A stretch of 64,000 nucleotides of DNA from contig CM120640.1 in assembly GCA_051362555.1 (NCBI GenBank), positions 27,490,503-27,554,502 of the forward strand, read 5' to 3'. The stretch's first letter is position 1. Each line of letters begins with the position of its first letter. The stretch is from Lingula anatina (lineage: Eukaryota; Animalia; Brachiopoda). The notes beneath the pieces were generated by a model that made no database searches, was not told the origin of the DNA, and saw only the letters and a list, made by a program, of their open reading frames with translations. Of the stretch, positions 26,839 through 40,621 are shown piece by piece. Made by a program: the position numbers and the translations under genes.

Positions 26839-29800
26839 TTATTATTATTAGCCTGGTTGTTGTTGTTTACTGAAAAAAAAAGATTTGAAATCGGCATTTT
26901 ATGCTCTCTTTTTACTTGCAGATACCTACATGATTTTTGAAAATTACTTTGATATGATAGGGATATTGATATTTGGAAGACTGGTAGACATGGTTGACAA
27001 GAAGGTAAAAATGTACTTTTTTCTTTTCAACTAAACTGCTTTTCTTTAAAATTTCCCACTAAACTGTCCAGAAATGGACAAATGATTCATAAATCACTTT
27101 TAGTGGAAAAGTTTGATAAATCGACAATGTTAGGTAAACTGCTTCAGTTTCATTTTTGCATTAAAAATCAACATGATATCTCAAAACTTTACCCTGTAGG
27201 CAGAAAAACCTATTGAAGACTACAAGTTTCTGTGGAACGATGTCATAGCTGGCTATAATAATTCTTATAGGCACCAGGCATTTACAGGTACATTACTCAT
27301 ATTTTATGTTATAATTCAGATATGTTTTTTCCAAGTTCCTATAACCTAGTAGCAGAAGTACAATTAAAATTACTAAAAAATTAACCTTGAAACTAAATAT
27401 ATGAACCGCAATTTTTTATTCTTAAGGACACTTATAGAAAAATCTCAAATATGTATACCTACATCCAAAGAAATATATCTATAAACAATACTGAATATTG
27501 CCTTGTTTCAGAGGATGCAGGAGGATTTTTTCCAGCTATCAAAAAAGATGTTGAAAAATATTGCAATAAAAGAACAGAAGAAGTCAAATCTTGGCTCAGG
27601 AAACTAAAGGAAGAAAAGAAGACAGTATTTATGCTGACTACATCTTATGTCAATTTTGCATCTCATGTTGCAGAATATTCACTTGGGTAAGAATTTGCTT
27701 TTTGATACATGTTAAACCTGAATTTTTCTGAAATAAGACAGCAGAGAAACAAATAAGCATCTGCATGCCAAATAAGTATGTCTACTTGTGAAACACATAT
27801 GTAAAACTGTGCATTCACATCATGGCCATGGGCAGATTCATGTCAATAAGTTGTAATCATCCCAAAACAAACACTGAAGCTGCAGATGTAGGCTTCGTTC
27901 ACATGGAAAGTCTATTTTCTAAAAATCTATTTTCTATTCGCGGTATTTCTTGTGATCACGGTTTGTGCCCTGAATATCCCGCGGCGTAATTACTGGCAGT
28001 GCGAGCCAGTATACTTCCAAAGCTGTAATTAATTCTCGGCTGTGCTCGGAGGAGATTCTGATACCTTGATGCATGCGCAGTAGGAAGTTAAAAAGTTAAT
28101 GACGGTCGCGGTTGCTTTGAAAAATGTGTTTGTCGATTTTGTGCAACGACAAGACGAAGAAGAAGCTATACACACACCAGAGACGAGTGCAACCGTCATG
28201 ATCCGATGGCAAGCGATGCAGCAACGGAGGATGAGATTTTATAGAATGCGAGCACAGCCGAGAATTAATTACAGCTTTGTATAAGTAACTGGCTCGTGCT
28301 GCCAGTAATTAAGCCGCGGGATATTCAGGGCACAGACTGTGATCATAAGATACCGCGAATAGAAAATAGATTTTTAGAAAATAGACTTTCCATGTGAACG
28401 AAGCCGTAGATCGACCCAGATTTAAACTAAAAATGGTTTCTCATGAAACTGGGCATAAAATTTCTAAACAAGACGATCAGTTTTGAGGATTGTGTCACTT
28501 ACCAAAGTAGAAAAAGGAGGCCTACCCTCAGCCAAGGCCACGGATTAATAATATGCATTTTTCTGTAGCAGATATTTGTATCATGAATTAGCCAGAGATA
28601 TATCTGAGAATATCTAGTGAAAATTAATCTGTGACCCTTGATGAGGATAAAGGAGGCCAGCCAGATGTACCGCATAAGACAATTATCAAAAAAAAAAAAA
28701 AACTGAATTTTTTTTAACCCACCAGGTGGGAGTTGTGGTGCATATTAGACTATTTTAAATATTCTCCCTGGTCTCTTCACTAACCACACTTCATATTGAG
28801 ACATGTGGCATAATTGATTGTGTGAGTAGAGTTATAAAGAATTTTAAAATGCTCCATGAATTAAGTATCAGAATTCATTTTCTTCGTTTCAACTATTGTT
28901 TGAATGGAACAAAGAGTCCATCTCTATGTTTCTTTGATATTACACATATTCATTGCTTGGCACATTTAAAATTCAAAATATATATTTTGATGAAAGTAGA
29001 GATGAATACCAAGAGACATTACAGTAGATTACCCAACTCTGTGTTCCTGGACCCCCTGACCACCCTTTTGATCCACCTTTCCCTCTCTTGGAAACAATCT
29101 GCATTCCTCACATGACTTGTATGTGTGTTCATATGGTTTTACCTTTGCAGATCAGACTGGAAATCTTACTTTGATATCATCTTAACCAATGCTAAAAAAC
29201 CAGGATTTTTCCACAAGAACAATCACTTTCTAAGACTTGGTGAGTATCACTTGCACAGTGATGAGCGTTAATTGTTACTGCTTTTTTTTGGTAAGCTTAA
29301 AGGGATAACATCTGTTCATTTTGGCCAAAAAATTAATTTTCCCCATACTTACGAATGGTTAATGAATCCATTTCTACATTCAAAGTTAGTCCCCGTTCTT
29401 TTTTTTTGTTTTTTTTTTTCTTTTTTCAAAAGTTAGTTTTTTTGTAATAATCTCATAAGATATTATTACAGAGTATATCCATCTGTGGTGGTCATGTGGT
29501 CAAATGGAAAGTACAGATTTCAGTTTTATTGCTATAACTGCCGTTTTTGTGGTAAAATAGAATTGTATTATATTTCTTTGAGTTGTTTAAAATGTATTTA
29601 ATGTGAAATATAGATCTCATACCTAGAGTTGTTATCTCAGAAAAAAAATGTGAACATAGAGGAAGAATGCTAAAAATCAAAATAGTGCATAATTTTGGAA
29701 TAATTTAATCATTACTCTGTCATTTCTGGAAACTACCTAACTCAGTGGGTGGATTTGAATTAAATCCATGCAGGATTATTTTTACATAAGTTTTTTTAAT

Positions 29801-32367
29801 ATTGTTGAAATGTCTTTTTTTTTAAGATCTGTATATTTGCCAGATTAGCTCTCTATAGTTTCATTTCTGTATTTTAATTTTTACTGACTCAAGTACTTCA
29901 TATTTTAATTTTTACTCAATATTTTAATTTTTTGAAAATTACTTCAAGTGCTTTTTAAACTGTATTAAGTATCAGGTTTTTAGGACATGAGTGACAAAAT
30001 AAATGACAACTACATTTTTAGATGGTGATAAGGAACGTGAACCTGTACAGAAACTTGAAAGAAACCACACATATTCTCAAGGAAATTTGAAAGGACTAGT
30101 CTCATTCTTGCAAGAGCAAACAGAAAAAGAAAATCCAAAGGTAATGTCCCAAGTTCTTTTAAATAATAATGATATGCATTTTGCATCTAAAAGTTGGTCA
30201 TTACAGTTATTATACTAGAATTGTTATTATTTCTTGGCTCTTTGCAGTGTATCAGATTGTTCACCCTGTTTCTTTTAAAGGTGGAGGACTTGTATAACTC
30301 ATTCTGACATTGTAGAGCTTTAATATAATTTCTGTTAAAAACAACACAATTCATTAAAAATATGAAAAAGTGAAAATAAATTTTGTCATATTTGGACTTG
30401 AATATTGACAATTAAGTTTCATGATTTTTACTGGCTGGCTACATAAATATTTAGAATTTAATTAATCCTAATATACCATTTAGTATAAATGTCTTTTGTT
30501 ACGTGATGGATAACCTGAACAATGTGTTAAATTATGTATCTGCCGACATGATGCAGAGTGGTACAAGAGGGGTCTGGACTAAAACCATGACTATTGCCAG
30601 CATTCATGCTGGTGGTTCTTATGACATGATAATCAATAAATCTGAACTTTTTTCCACAATGTTAGCAATTTTGTTTATTGATATTTGAAAACTACTGTTT
30701 CAGGTAGCATTCTTCGGAGACAGTCTGCGCTCGGATGTCTTTCCTTCCAAAATGTATGCAAATTGGGAAACCGTGTACGTCCTTGAGGAGATGGAGACGG
30801 AAGGAATGGTTGGTTATGAATGTACAAGCAAGGGCCAGAAACATACCATAGAAGTTCAAATAGAGGATGATGGGGAACCAAAAACTAAGAAAATGAAAAC
30901 TGTTCAACACGAGGTAAATCTACTTCATTTCTGACTTTGTGGTGCTAAGGGGTAACCAAAGTTTTGCATTATTTAAACATTTTATTTTTAATATGGCTTT
31001 AAATTCAACAGTTAATCTAGACTACAGCTGAACTTGTGACTATGCCATACAATGTTTGTTCTCATGATGTTTATTATAGCGTGTGTACACATTTTTTTTC
31101 CGTTCTTATTTTCATCAATTTAGTACAACGCATGCAATTGCAACATTACAATTAATTTATCTCTATTTGTAGATATTTTATGTGGCTCTTTATCAAAATG
31201 CTGGTTACAAGTCAAGGCATCAATTTCTATTTTGAAATCTAAGCCTGTTGCTTCAATGTATGAATAGGTGACAAGTTTGCGATGTCATTGTGGCATCATG
31301 TCTCCTTGGTGACCAATAGTCCTCTTCTAAAATGGATGTTTTCATAAGAACATTTCTGAAAATGGCCTGCACTTTTTCAACTGCAATTTTCTGGGATCTT
31401 AGACTGTTGAGATAACTAAGTAAACAGGCAATATCCTGTAAGAAATAGTACAATTTTGCAAGCTTTTGGAAATTTACAGAAGGCTAATTTTGTGTGCATG
31501 CAGAATTCATTGATTTTCTTGCATTTTTTGTAGCTTCCTAGCAAAGAAGAGCAGGCTTTCCTTTCATCTTCTTTATGGGGCTCCTTCTTTAGAGATGAAA
31601 CATTAGAACACCTGAATAGTAATGAAACCAAACCAAAGACAGACTCTGAAGCCAAGTTTAAGCATATGAACACCTTCTGGGGATATTTAACGAGGAAATA
31701 TGCAGACATTGCTGTGCCCCAGCTTGAGTACATTGCAGGTAATTAACCAAAAGCCCAAAATATTATTTTAGAAGAGGGTGAACATTTTGAATATTATGAT
31801 TGTATGATTGCATGATATCCAGCTCCTAAAAGTAGCCTCACATTTTAAGGCATATAAATTTCGAAGAAGAATATTACATGTACCCAGGCAATCACAATCT
31901 TTTATCTCATTGGCATTATTCTTGAGAGCTTTAGTTGAAGACATAATCTAAAAGGCTCTTTATTGTGGATTCATGTTGTTGTGATGTCACTGTTGTTGCT
32001 GATTTAGTACAGTGAGTCACAGTGAATAGACATTGAGCAGACATTGGTAAAACTTTGGAGATAGTGAAGGTTGAAAGTACCTGCTCTACAAGAAACCTGT
32101 AGGTTTTTCTTGTTCTGCAAGCTGTCAAAGCTGGTGCCCCAAAGGTTATAGTGAAGAGATGTACCAGTTATAAGCAAATTTGAAGAATGCTGTTTGACTA
32201 AACAAAGTACAGTCCTGGCTAGGGACCACATCTAATAATAAATTCCATTTTACCACCTAAACGGTTGTTATGACAGTTATTTTGATATCTGTGCTTGCCA
32301 TTGGACCATGCGAACCTTTGTATATGGCTACCTCCATAATAGTCTCTGAAGAGTTCATTACAAAAAC

Positions 32368-32404
<37 letters not shown>

Positions 32405-32727
32405 AAAAAAAACATGTACTAACACTTTATAAATCGTTTACCCCAGGAAAATCAGTTTTACGGCACTTTTCCAGCCAAAATTAAGTTGTTATCTCTTTAT
32501 ATTAATTTGATTGAAGCCCAAAGAATTGTCAGCATATTGTTTACCTTGAATGTCATTTCTGGAAAAAAACATGAAAAATAACATTCTTTACATTTCTTTT
32601 TTTTTTAACTGATACAGTGTTTAATCTTTCAGATTTCCCACTTGACCACAAGTATCAAGTGTTTGATCATGAAAACGAGCACAAGAGTGGATTCTATCCT
32701 GGAATACCCAAACCACTGCAGTTGTAA
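19927..32727 (+). CDS. NT5DC1: 5'-nucleotidase domain-containing protein 1 (HAD superfamily), ~474 aa, 12 exons
   Basis: HAD motif I in YDAVGFDLDHTLAKY, plus KGNFLKL, ASHGT, WKSYFDIILTNAKKPGFF, motif IV FFGDSLRSD, WGSFF and C-terminal GFYPGIPKPL. Exons: 19927-20013, 24812-24903, 25413-25484, 26661-26770, 26922-27004, 27200-27287, 27512-27686, 29151-29239, 30022-30140, 30704-30913, 31534-31738, 32633-32727 (1425 nt, in frame). Confidence 0.92.
20420..23786. mobile_element. ~3.4-kb non-autonomous CMC/EnSpm-like DNA transposon with palindromic subterminal arrays
   Basis: TIR CCCTTAC(A/G)AAAATTTCCTATAGGA at both ends with a 2-bp flanking duplication (AT). Dense arrays of TCCTATAGGA at 20432-20545 and 23455-23775. 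Confidence 0.75.
21434..21600. mobile_element. MITE with CAGGCCCGTAGCCAG TIR and 5-bp TSD, copy 1 (nested in the CMC-like element)
   Basis: 15-bp perfect TIR and TSD CAACT. Homologous to 62828-62998, with a degenerate copy at ~33330-33446. Confidence 0.85.
26053..26267. mobile_element. PIF/Harbinger-type MITE family C, copy 1
   Basis: Shared core CTCCCTGGGGGTTCACGCTAAATAGCTGTCAGCCG...GATAGATCGATCTAAA with 3-bp flanks TTG/TTG. Confidence 0.8.
27891..28405. mobile_element. Long-arm palindromic MITE (Harbinger-like)
   Basis: ~150-bp near-perfect inverted arms beginning GGCTTCGTTCACATGGAAAGTCTATTTTCTAAAAATC, with a 3-bp duplication GTA. Confidence 0.85.
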
Positions 32728-35700
32728 TGGTGACATTTCTGTGTATTCACAGTGGGGTTTAATCACAAAAGGTGATAGAGAAATGTTATTTTTTTCTATA
32801 ATTTTATGATCATGTGCTGAATATAATTTAGTAGATTAACATTTAAAGAGTAGTTTTGCTGCAAACCTAACTGTAGTGGGACATATAAGTGAAATGTCAG
32901 CAGTATTTAGACCGCCCTAACTGCATAATGGATTTTTTTAAATGTTCGAACCAGTTAAATATTAGTTACTTATTTTGCAGGCTTGGGGCAGCGAATGAAA
33001 TAATTAAAATCCTTTTTGTGCAATCAACAGTTATGGTCACTTTTAGTAAATATCTCTTCATTTTATTCTTTTGCCTTATTTTTTAATATTTTTTATCAGT
33101 TCATTAGATTCTGTATTGATTTTTATTGCCAGAATGGCTTTGAATTGCCCGGTATGTTTGACATCTTGGTATGTTATATATCAATATAGAAAACAGCCAA
33201 TTGGTAGTATGAATATTTTAAATTAATGATAGAAGCAGGTCATAGAGATTGTTTTCCAAAGAGTATTGGTGAAATGAGGTTGGTTGAGCATTTACCATTT
33301 TTATATTCCTTTTTTGCAAAGGCTCAACAACATTTTTTTTATACAGAGTTGTAAAATTTTCTTTAGGTACACTAAGGTTTCATAGTAAAAGGTCCACTTT
33401 TTCAGAAAAATAACCCCTCCTTTTGAAATTGCTGGATATGGGCCTGATTCAGTAAACTTACTCTTGCTGTCACATACATTGTTAATGAAATGGACACCAA
33501 TTTGTATGACTAATTGAAGAGTGTTACCTTGCTTGATGAGCACACCCAATAATGTATGTATGACATTAATGCTTAGACTATTTTTCTAATTTTTGATGTT
33601 ACACAAAAACATCGCTCAATAATGCATTGTGTCATATTGCCACTGTCATATAATTTGTATTGAGAAAAAGTTTGGATGCCATCTTCATGTTTTTTTGTCA
33701 CATTTGAGGCACGCTCATTTTATAAACTTTTATAATAGAGGTTATTGTTGCTTTTAATCAAACTTTTGCTCAGTGCCAAGGAGAAATGACTGCACATATA
33801 TCCTGACACTCTGATTTGGGGATCTTTTTGACCAATCTAGATTTTGGTTGCGAGAATTGGTTGCCAGATGAAATTGTGTCATATTCTTTCACATAGCAGC
33901 CAGCACCTTTGAGTTTTGTACTTTTGTACTCATTCTCATTGTACTCATTCTTGATTAAAAAAGATAATAACCAGTGTAATCCAGTCGAGTTCAATTAAAA
34001 ATTTGTGTGGAATTCAATTATTTTTAGACACTGCCATTAATATTAGATGTGTGTATGAGGGCTGTTGATGGCTTCTAAATTGTGATGAATATCTTCTTAA
34101 GTAAGTCTGTGGCATAATACATTACAAGCAAAGCAGATACGTTTTATATCTTTGAAACATACACTGCCTTACTCTGCAATATGAGAAGATCCCATGAGGT
34201 TTAAGGAGCATACCAAACCTATGCTGTATAAAATCAATAAAATCGCAAGCTCCCAAGCTGCTGCTTGTAAATTAGTTCTACATGCTTACAGAAATAAGAT
34301 TTCAGAACTTAACAGAAATGATATTTGAGAACTACTTTCTAAAACAAAGGTTTGCTAAAAATGAAATTGCCAAAATTTATTATACAGATACTCATTAATG
34401 TCTGTGGTAAACCAACTTCGAAGGCATTTTTGTAATCAATAAACCTTTTACCTCCAAGACGGCCATGCAGGTTAAACCTTTCACATGCCCTTTTGCATTT
34501 TCTCCAGCAAATGCATTTTGCACCAAGGGTAAAAAATCCAATATATATAGCAGAATTTCCAAGTTAAACATAGGAGATATTCTAGTGCATAACATATGTG
34601 AAACGTGCTTCTGTTATGCACAGAATTCCAGTAACAGTATATATTATTAGACAAGTATGTCATAATATTTTTTGAGAAATTTGACATATAGGATTTATTT
34701 AATTTGAGGAACTTTGGAAGGGGATATTTGACATGTAAGAGAATAACAGCTGGTTTTATTATGCTTTTATTTTTTCATGATGTGAAAGAATTAACACAAG
34801 TCTTATAAGATTTGACATTTTTTATCGAAAAACAAGATAAAGCAAAGAAACATTTAAAACAATTATGAAATTACAAAAGCAAAGAATAATTTTTAATATA
34901 ATTAATCTGTAAATTTTTAATAAAGTAATCAAGCATAATATTTAGTCATTCATAAATAGCTTGACATCTAATTCAAAAATGAAAAATAATAAAATATGCT
35001 CTTTTATGGTAATAGTCCCTAGAATGTTTTTTATATTATTTAAATATGCTCAGTAATTTTTTTTAAATACATGGAACCTTAAAATAATAATCATGTTACA
35101 TCTTATATAAAAAAAAATATTAATTAAATAATTAGATTAGATGTTCACACTGGTTGATGCCACCCTCGGAGTGAGTACCACCAGCCAAGCCTGCCTTTTT
35201 TGTGCAAGTCTTGTAGGCGTTACAGCGCAGATGAAGCAGTGCAAAGACCCCAAGTTGCAATAGACCCCACTTCCAAACTGGTGAAAATGGACTTATTCTT
35301 TGTGTTTATCACCTGTAGCTCTGCCACCAAGTGGCATAGTAAGTTGATTTAGTTAAGTACCTTGAGAAAAAGCCTCCGTATTACACGCATTTTAATAACA
35401 AGTCCTACAAAATTTGCCAGTAATTGTTGCAGGAATGATTCTTGTAAGATTTTCCAATTTTAATGTTAATATCACAAACCTTATTTCTGGTCAGTATGCT
35501 GTTACACTATGATTGCAAGCATTTTCTTTTCCTTTACTACATGCAAACAAAAGTCATCAACATTTCTTACTGTGTATTTCTCTTCAAAAGGTTTTTCATT
35601 GTCAATCCATTATGCCACCATCTAAAGACAGACAGCTGTCACTTGGTGATGTCAAGACTATACTGCCAGGGGGGCAAACAGTGCTCGTTCAGTCCTTGAC

Positions 35701-35901
35701 TGTACCACATATAGTACCACCACTAGTACCAATGAGAGGTACCTGCTTTACAGCAATATTTCTAGCATCCTCCCTATAGCGTACCAAACATGTAACTTTC
35801 CCTTAACCCGAAAAGTACCCACTACCAGCCGCTAGGCAAGATCTTCACCCATCAGAAGCATGGATGCTTGAGGAACTTTTGCCATCTAGTTCCACATCTA
35901 G

Positions 35902-38900
35902 TCAGGTGATAAGCTCTTTTTCCATGAAGTACCAGCCCTAGCCAAGAGAAAAAACAAATGACCTTTCAGTATTTATTCAAGAAAGCGATGCTTCAAGATG
36001 ACTATGTTGTATTCATAATACTATCACACTACAAAAAAACCAATTTCAATGTGTTTATCTGAACTCACCTTGACACCAATAATGCAATAGGAAATTAAAT
36101 CTATCTCCTCTCCTTTTTTCTTATAGCCTTCTCTTTGATACAGATGGAGAGCTGGGTTTCCCAAGGCCACATGCAACAAGGTTTTCTAGAATTTAATGTG
36201 AAAGAAGATTTTCCATAAGTTCAAAGGCTCCAATTAACTAATATAACTATTTACTTTTATTTTAAAGAAAATTTATTGCCCAACTTTATGCTCCTGGATC
36301 TACATGACATGACATAAATGCAAAAGAAATCTTGAATATAAAAGAATGGACTCCAATGTCGCTTTGTATGTATCTTTCACATTTCCTTCATGAATTGTAC
36401 AGTTTTCCAAAAATACGTAAATTTCCTGGACATAGTCAAATTTAATCCATTTGGTCAAAACATTATAGGCTTCCAAATAACATGTTCAAGGCTTTCACAA
36501 GGAAAAGACGTAGAAGTAAAACTGACTAAACAATGATTTTTTATAACAAAATAGAAAGATTTCCCATTACAAAGTAAAAAAATTGATCCCTGCTTTACAT
36601 CACTGTTCTTACCGTGCATCCATGCTTAACAGCCTCTGCTTCTGCAGCTTGTAACAGAGCAGTTCCTATGCCTTTTCCACGATAATCTTCAGCCACACAA
36701 AGTTCATTGATGTAGCATGCTGTCGGGTCTTTCACATCCTCGTTCTGTGAAACAGCCATACAACGTAATCTAAGTAATGGCAGGCAACCCATGCCCTTGT
36801 AGTTGTGCTTGAGAAGCTTGTGCCTAGATATATCAGAAAAGAAATATGCACCGCTTTATTAATCCTCACCTATGAGAATTAAAATGTGAGGTTATTTTTC
36901 ACATGTATGCAACAATCACTTTAAATTGGTAAGAAAACACTTGCCAAGAGCAATATGTCTCGAATAATACATTGCTTGCCTATATTTCTACCACATGCAC
37001 CTAATTTAAAAGGCTAAGCTAAGGTTTTTTATTTGAAGGTTGAGCAAAGAGCAATATGACTGAATCTGTCAGATTTTGAGCTTCGCTGACAAAAACATGC
37101 ATTCATAGTAAATGCTAGAACAACAAGTTTTTGTTACGCTGCATTTTGAAAAGTAATATTCCCAAAACCCTTCTACACTTATGTAAAATTAATAAGTATT
37201 CTCATCGATCTGCCTCTTCAAACAAAAGCACCACATTTTTTTTTAATCACAAAGTCTTACACAGAAATCAATCTCACTGAAACTATGGGATATTCTTGGT
37301 TTTATCAGCTCTATGCTAATAAATATGATGTAACAGAACTTACTTGTCTCCAAAGAACTTGATCCCAATACAACCAGCTACCTTTCCATCATATTCTGCT
37401 ATGAATATGCGGTGTTGGTATTTTTTAGGATCTCTGTTCTCTGCTGCTTGCCCAGCCACTATCTTCTCTATGCTACAAAGAAAAAATTTACATTAAAGGG
37501 TTAATTTAAATAAGAAACGTACATCTTTACTTTCTGAATTTCATCATATTAGTTTCTTCTCCTTTTTTGCAACTTCAATTAACAGTGCATCAAAATAGGC
37601 TATATTTCACTGAATCATTTATGGATATATAATGAATGCATTTATGAATTTGAAGACATTTGGACTGCTAAAACAGGACAGGCAATTCAGTAATTACTAA
37701 CAAAATCTCAAACACATATTTGCCACATACAATTCGTTCAGTATTTGCCATTTGCCAAACAAACATTCTCTCATATAAGAAATGACTTTGGTTCTTAGAA
37801 CTTTTTTAATCCTATATTTGAATTAATGCACACATTGAAACACAACACGCACACAAACGTATGACTTAACATAATTGTCTCTCTTATCACTCTAAATACT
37901 TTGCAACAGTCATGCCCTGCAATCTCAACAGCATAATATGCACATCAGCATACCATGCATTGTTACATATACGTAATTATACACACTGCATCATTCTTTA
38001 GGACAACATACATGACACTCTTATAGGACATCCCAGTACACTGTACCCAAAAAGACCTTTGTACTCCTTATTGGATTACACTGAACGCTTTATGCTCTTT
38101 TCACAAAGAATGTAAATTTATATTTTAACCTATATGGCAGTGTGACCATGAACAGAAGATAAGGTAACCTGGGTGAAAAAATACTGTATATGGTACTTTA
38201 ACTCAAATGCTTCATAATCATTTACATAGAAATGTTTAGTAGCAGGTTCAAAAGCTATTTCTCACTTAATTTTGGTTAACTTTTTTCAACATGTTTTTTT
38301 TTGTGAACATGAAATACTCACTCCCTGACAGAATCAATTGATATGACTACTTGTGTTCAGGCAGTAAATGTTTCTCTTTGTCATTGAAGCCTAAGCTACA
38401 AAAATTACTCCCCATAGCATGTGTACAAGTCTCAGCAACAAACTTGGCTTAGACCCCATTCCCAATGATTTTAGATCGATCTATCCCTGTGGGAAGTCTC
38501 ACTAGATTACTGTCAGCTTAGCTGGCTTAAGCGTCTGTCCCGCCTACTTAAAGCGGGTAATTAACTATGGTGCGCACTCGACTGACTATAATTTAGCGTG
38601 AACCTCTAGGAAGTTTGGCCGATCTAAATTTAAACCTCTGGATCAATCTAAATCTCTGGGAATGCACCCTTAGTTATTATCATCTTCATAACCTGCATTC
38701 ATATCAGACAAACCTAAAACTGAATCATATTTGACTTTTCTCTGAACCTGTACAAAAATGTACTAGTTCACCTAAATAATGACAAAACACTTGTCAGTTT
38801 TATTAACCTGTTTTCATGTAAGGAGACTGCACGTAAAAGCAAAGAAATCAGTTGTTTTTTTTTAATTTATACAGTAAAATATGTTTATCACTAATGTGTA

Positions 38901-39656
38901 TATGTGCCTGTATGTGTGTGTGAAACAATAAATTATGCAGTGTGATAATTGGGAATAACATTTTCCAAATAAAACACAGATAACCAATATCCCCTTAGAT
39001 GCCCTGTTGACCCCACTGGCCCTTGCGACCTTTTGTTATCATCCCCCACCTCACGCTCTTACATGATAAGCAAACAAAATTTTAAAAAACAACTGGATTA
39101 TTTTCCAAACTGCCATATTGAAATCACTGCATATTACACATATCAATATGCACACATAAAAAGATCTGTACAACTGTTCTCAACTTTATCCCTTCAAACT
39201 GTTTTAAGTAATATATTTTTACCTATATAAATTGTTAATCCTCTCTATTGAAAGCAGATGGTGGTAAATTACCACATCCCTGCCTATGCAATATGTATAT
39301 ACCTGTAGCTTCCTAAGTTCCATGCCAAATCACTCCTGCTCTGACTTAAAAAAGGTAAACTAGTGATTTTGCTTATTTCAAAGCAGCAACTATGCAGTCA
39401 ATAATCAGCATATAAAACCTAGTCACATCTCTATGTTTATACAAAGGCCAGATGCTCTTGCATGCCACAAACCCCTTTCATCAATCTAAAATGAAAAATC
39501 TCAAGAGCAGAAAAGTGGATGATAGCCTTACAATTCAATCAGATTATTTCCCTCTTTTTTTGTTTATATAATACCCTTTAAGAATTTGAATACAAGTCTT
39601 TAAACATAATACCCAGACTTCTGTAAGCTTTAAAAATACAGCACTTATTGCCATTT

Positions 39657-39718
<62 letters not shown>

Positions 39719-40266
39719 TTATTATTATTGGACATTTCTTTTGCAATTGCTCCCTTTTCTGGTATTATAATGACCCTTTTTAAGCAGGGGCCCCACTTGA
39801 TCTGGGTTAGTTAATTTTGATCTGGGTTAGTTAATTAACTTATTTGTTTTCTTCATTTTTCAATAGTTTAATCTTAAAATATTCACAACTTAACAAAATT
39901 TAATATTTGATTCCACCCTACATCTGAAGTGGCAAAAACAAAACTGTGACAGCCAAGTTATGAAAAAAGAAACAATTAAAACATATCCTAAATGCACAAA
40001 TCATTTTAGAAATTTTCACCATGTCGTTTTCCAATTTACGAACTTAGTAAATTTGCTCTCTCTTACCTCTTTTTTCCAACAGCCCATTCAAATTTAGCTT
40101 TGAACGCCTTCACCGTCAGCCTTGCCACAATATCTGCATCATCCACTGACATAGGTCGAACCACCAAACCATTGGCATTGGAAGCACTTGGGCATAATTC
40201 CGTTTTTTGTTCTTTTTTTGCTTTCTCACAAAAAATACTCTCTCCCTCTTCACTGACTTCAGTCAT
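35902..40266 (-). CDS. GNAT-family N-acetyltransferase, ~230 aa, 5 coding exons
   Basis: Acetyl-CoA motif A (YINELCVAEDYRGKGIGTALL), FIAEYDGKVAG, and motif B (LHVALGNPALHLYQREGY). Exons: 40067-40266, 37344-37472, 36613-36823, 36069-36185, 35902-35937 (693 nt, in frame). Confidence 0.88.
38452..38669. mobile_element. PIF/Harbinger-type MITE family C, copy 2 (reverse orientation)
   Basis: Reverse complement of the same core, TSD TTA. Confidence 0.8.
39660..39708. repeat. (TA)n microsatellite
   Basis: Pure TA run. Other simple repeats: (TA)n at 42636-42678, (TTA)n at ~26805-26850 and ~54617-54660, (GA)n at ~51508-51529. Confidence 0.95.
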
Positions 40267-40369
40267 GTGGCCAACCTGTAAGGAAAACGCGTTTCGATCT
40301 ATATGAGCACTCTAAAATTTGTCGCAAATGGTAAGAAAAAATTCATCGCACACGGTAGCTTACCTACCT

Positions 40370-40621
40370 CTTTCAGCAAAACAGCGAAAAGCAACCTCAG
40401 TGCAGCGTGCTTGTTGTTTATAAGTCGTCGACGTGAAGTGACGTCACGTTTTTGAAAGCCAATAGCATCGTTCGTTACAAAAATTTCTCCTAGAATCCTG
40501 ACAGACGGTGTGAACACGAACGGAAGAGGTGATGTTGAATCTGGAACTTACTAGCTATTAGGCGTGTACGGTTGTGGATATTTCCCCCCAAGTTTTCTGG
40601 CTAACAGAAAAAGCGGATGCT
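40370..40621. promoter_or_regulatory. Bidirectional promoter region GNAT/AP-4 beta-like
   Basis: CpG-rich stretch between divergent genes. Perfect CRE palindrome GTGACGTCAC (40438-40447), CCAAT (40459) and ETS-like CGGAAG (40521). Confidence 0.6.

Noticed and set aside
35463-35779. Short plus-strand ORFs in a GC-richer patch downstream of the GNAT gene
   Set aside because: No homology I can recognise and no splice structure. Likely GNAT 3'UTR or a decayed repeat.
35902-35904. GNAT TGA as a selenocysteine codon
   Set aside because: It falls at the natural end of the GNAT fold (…MEKEL) and I could not identify a SECIS element.
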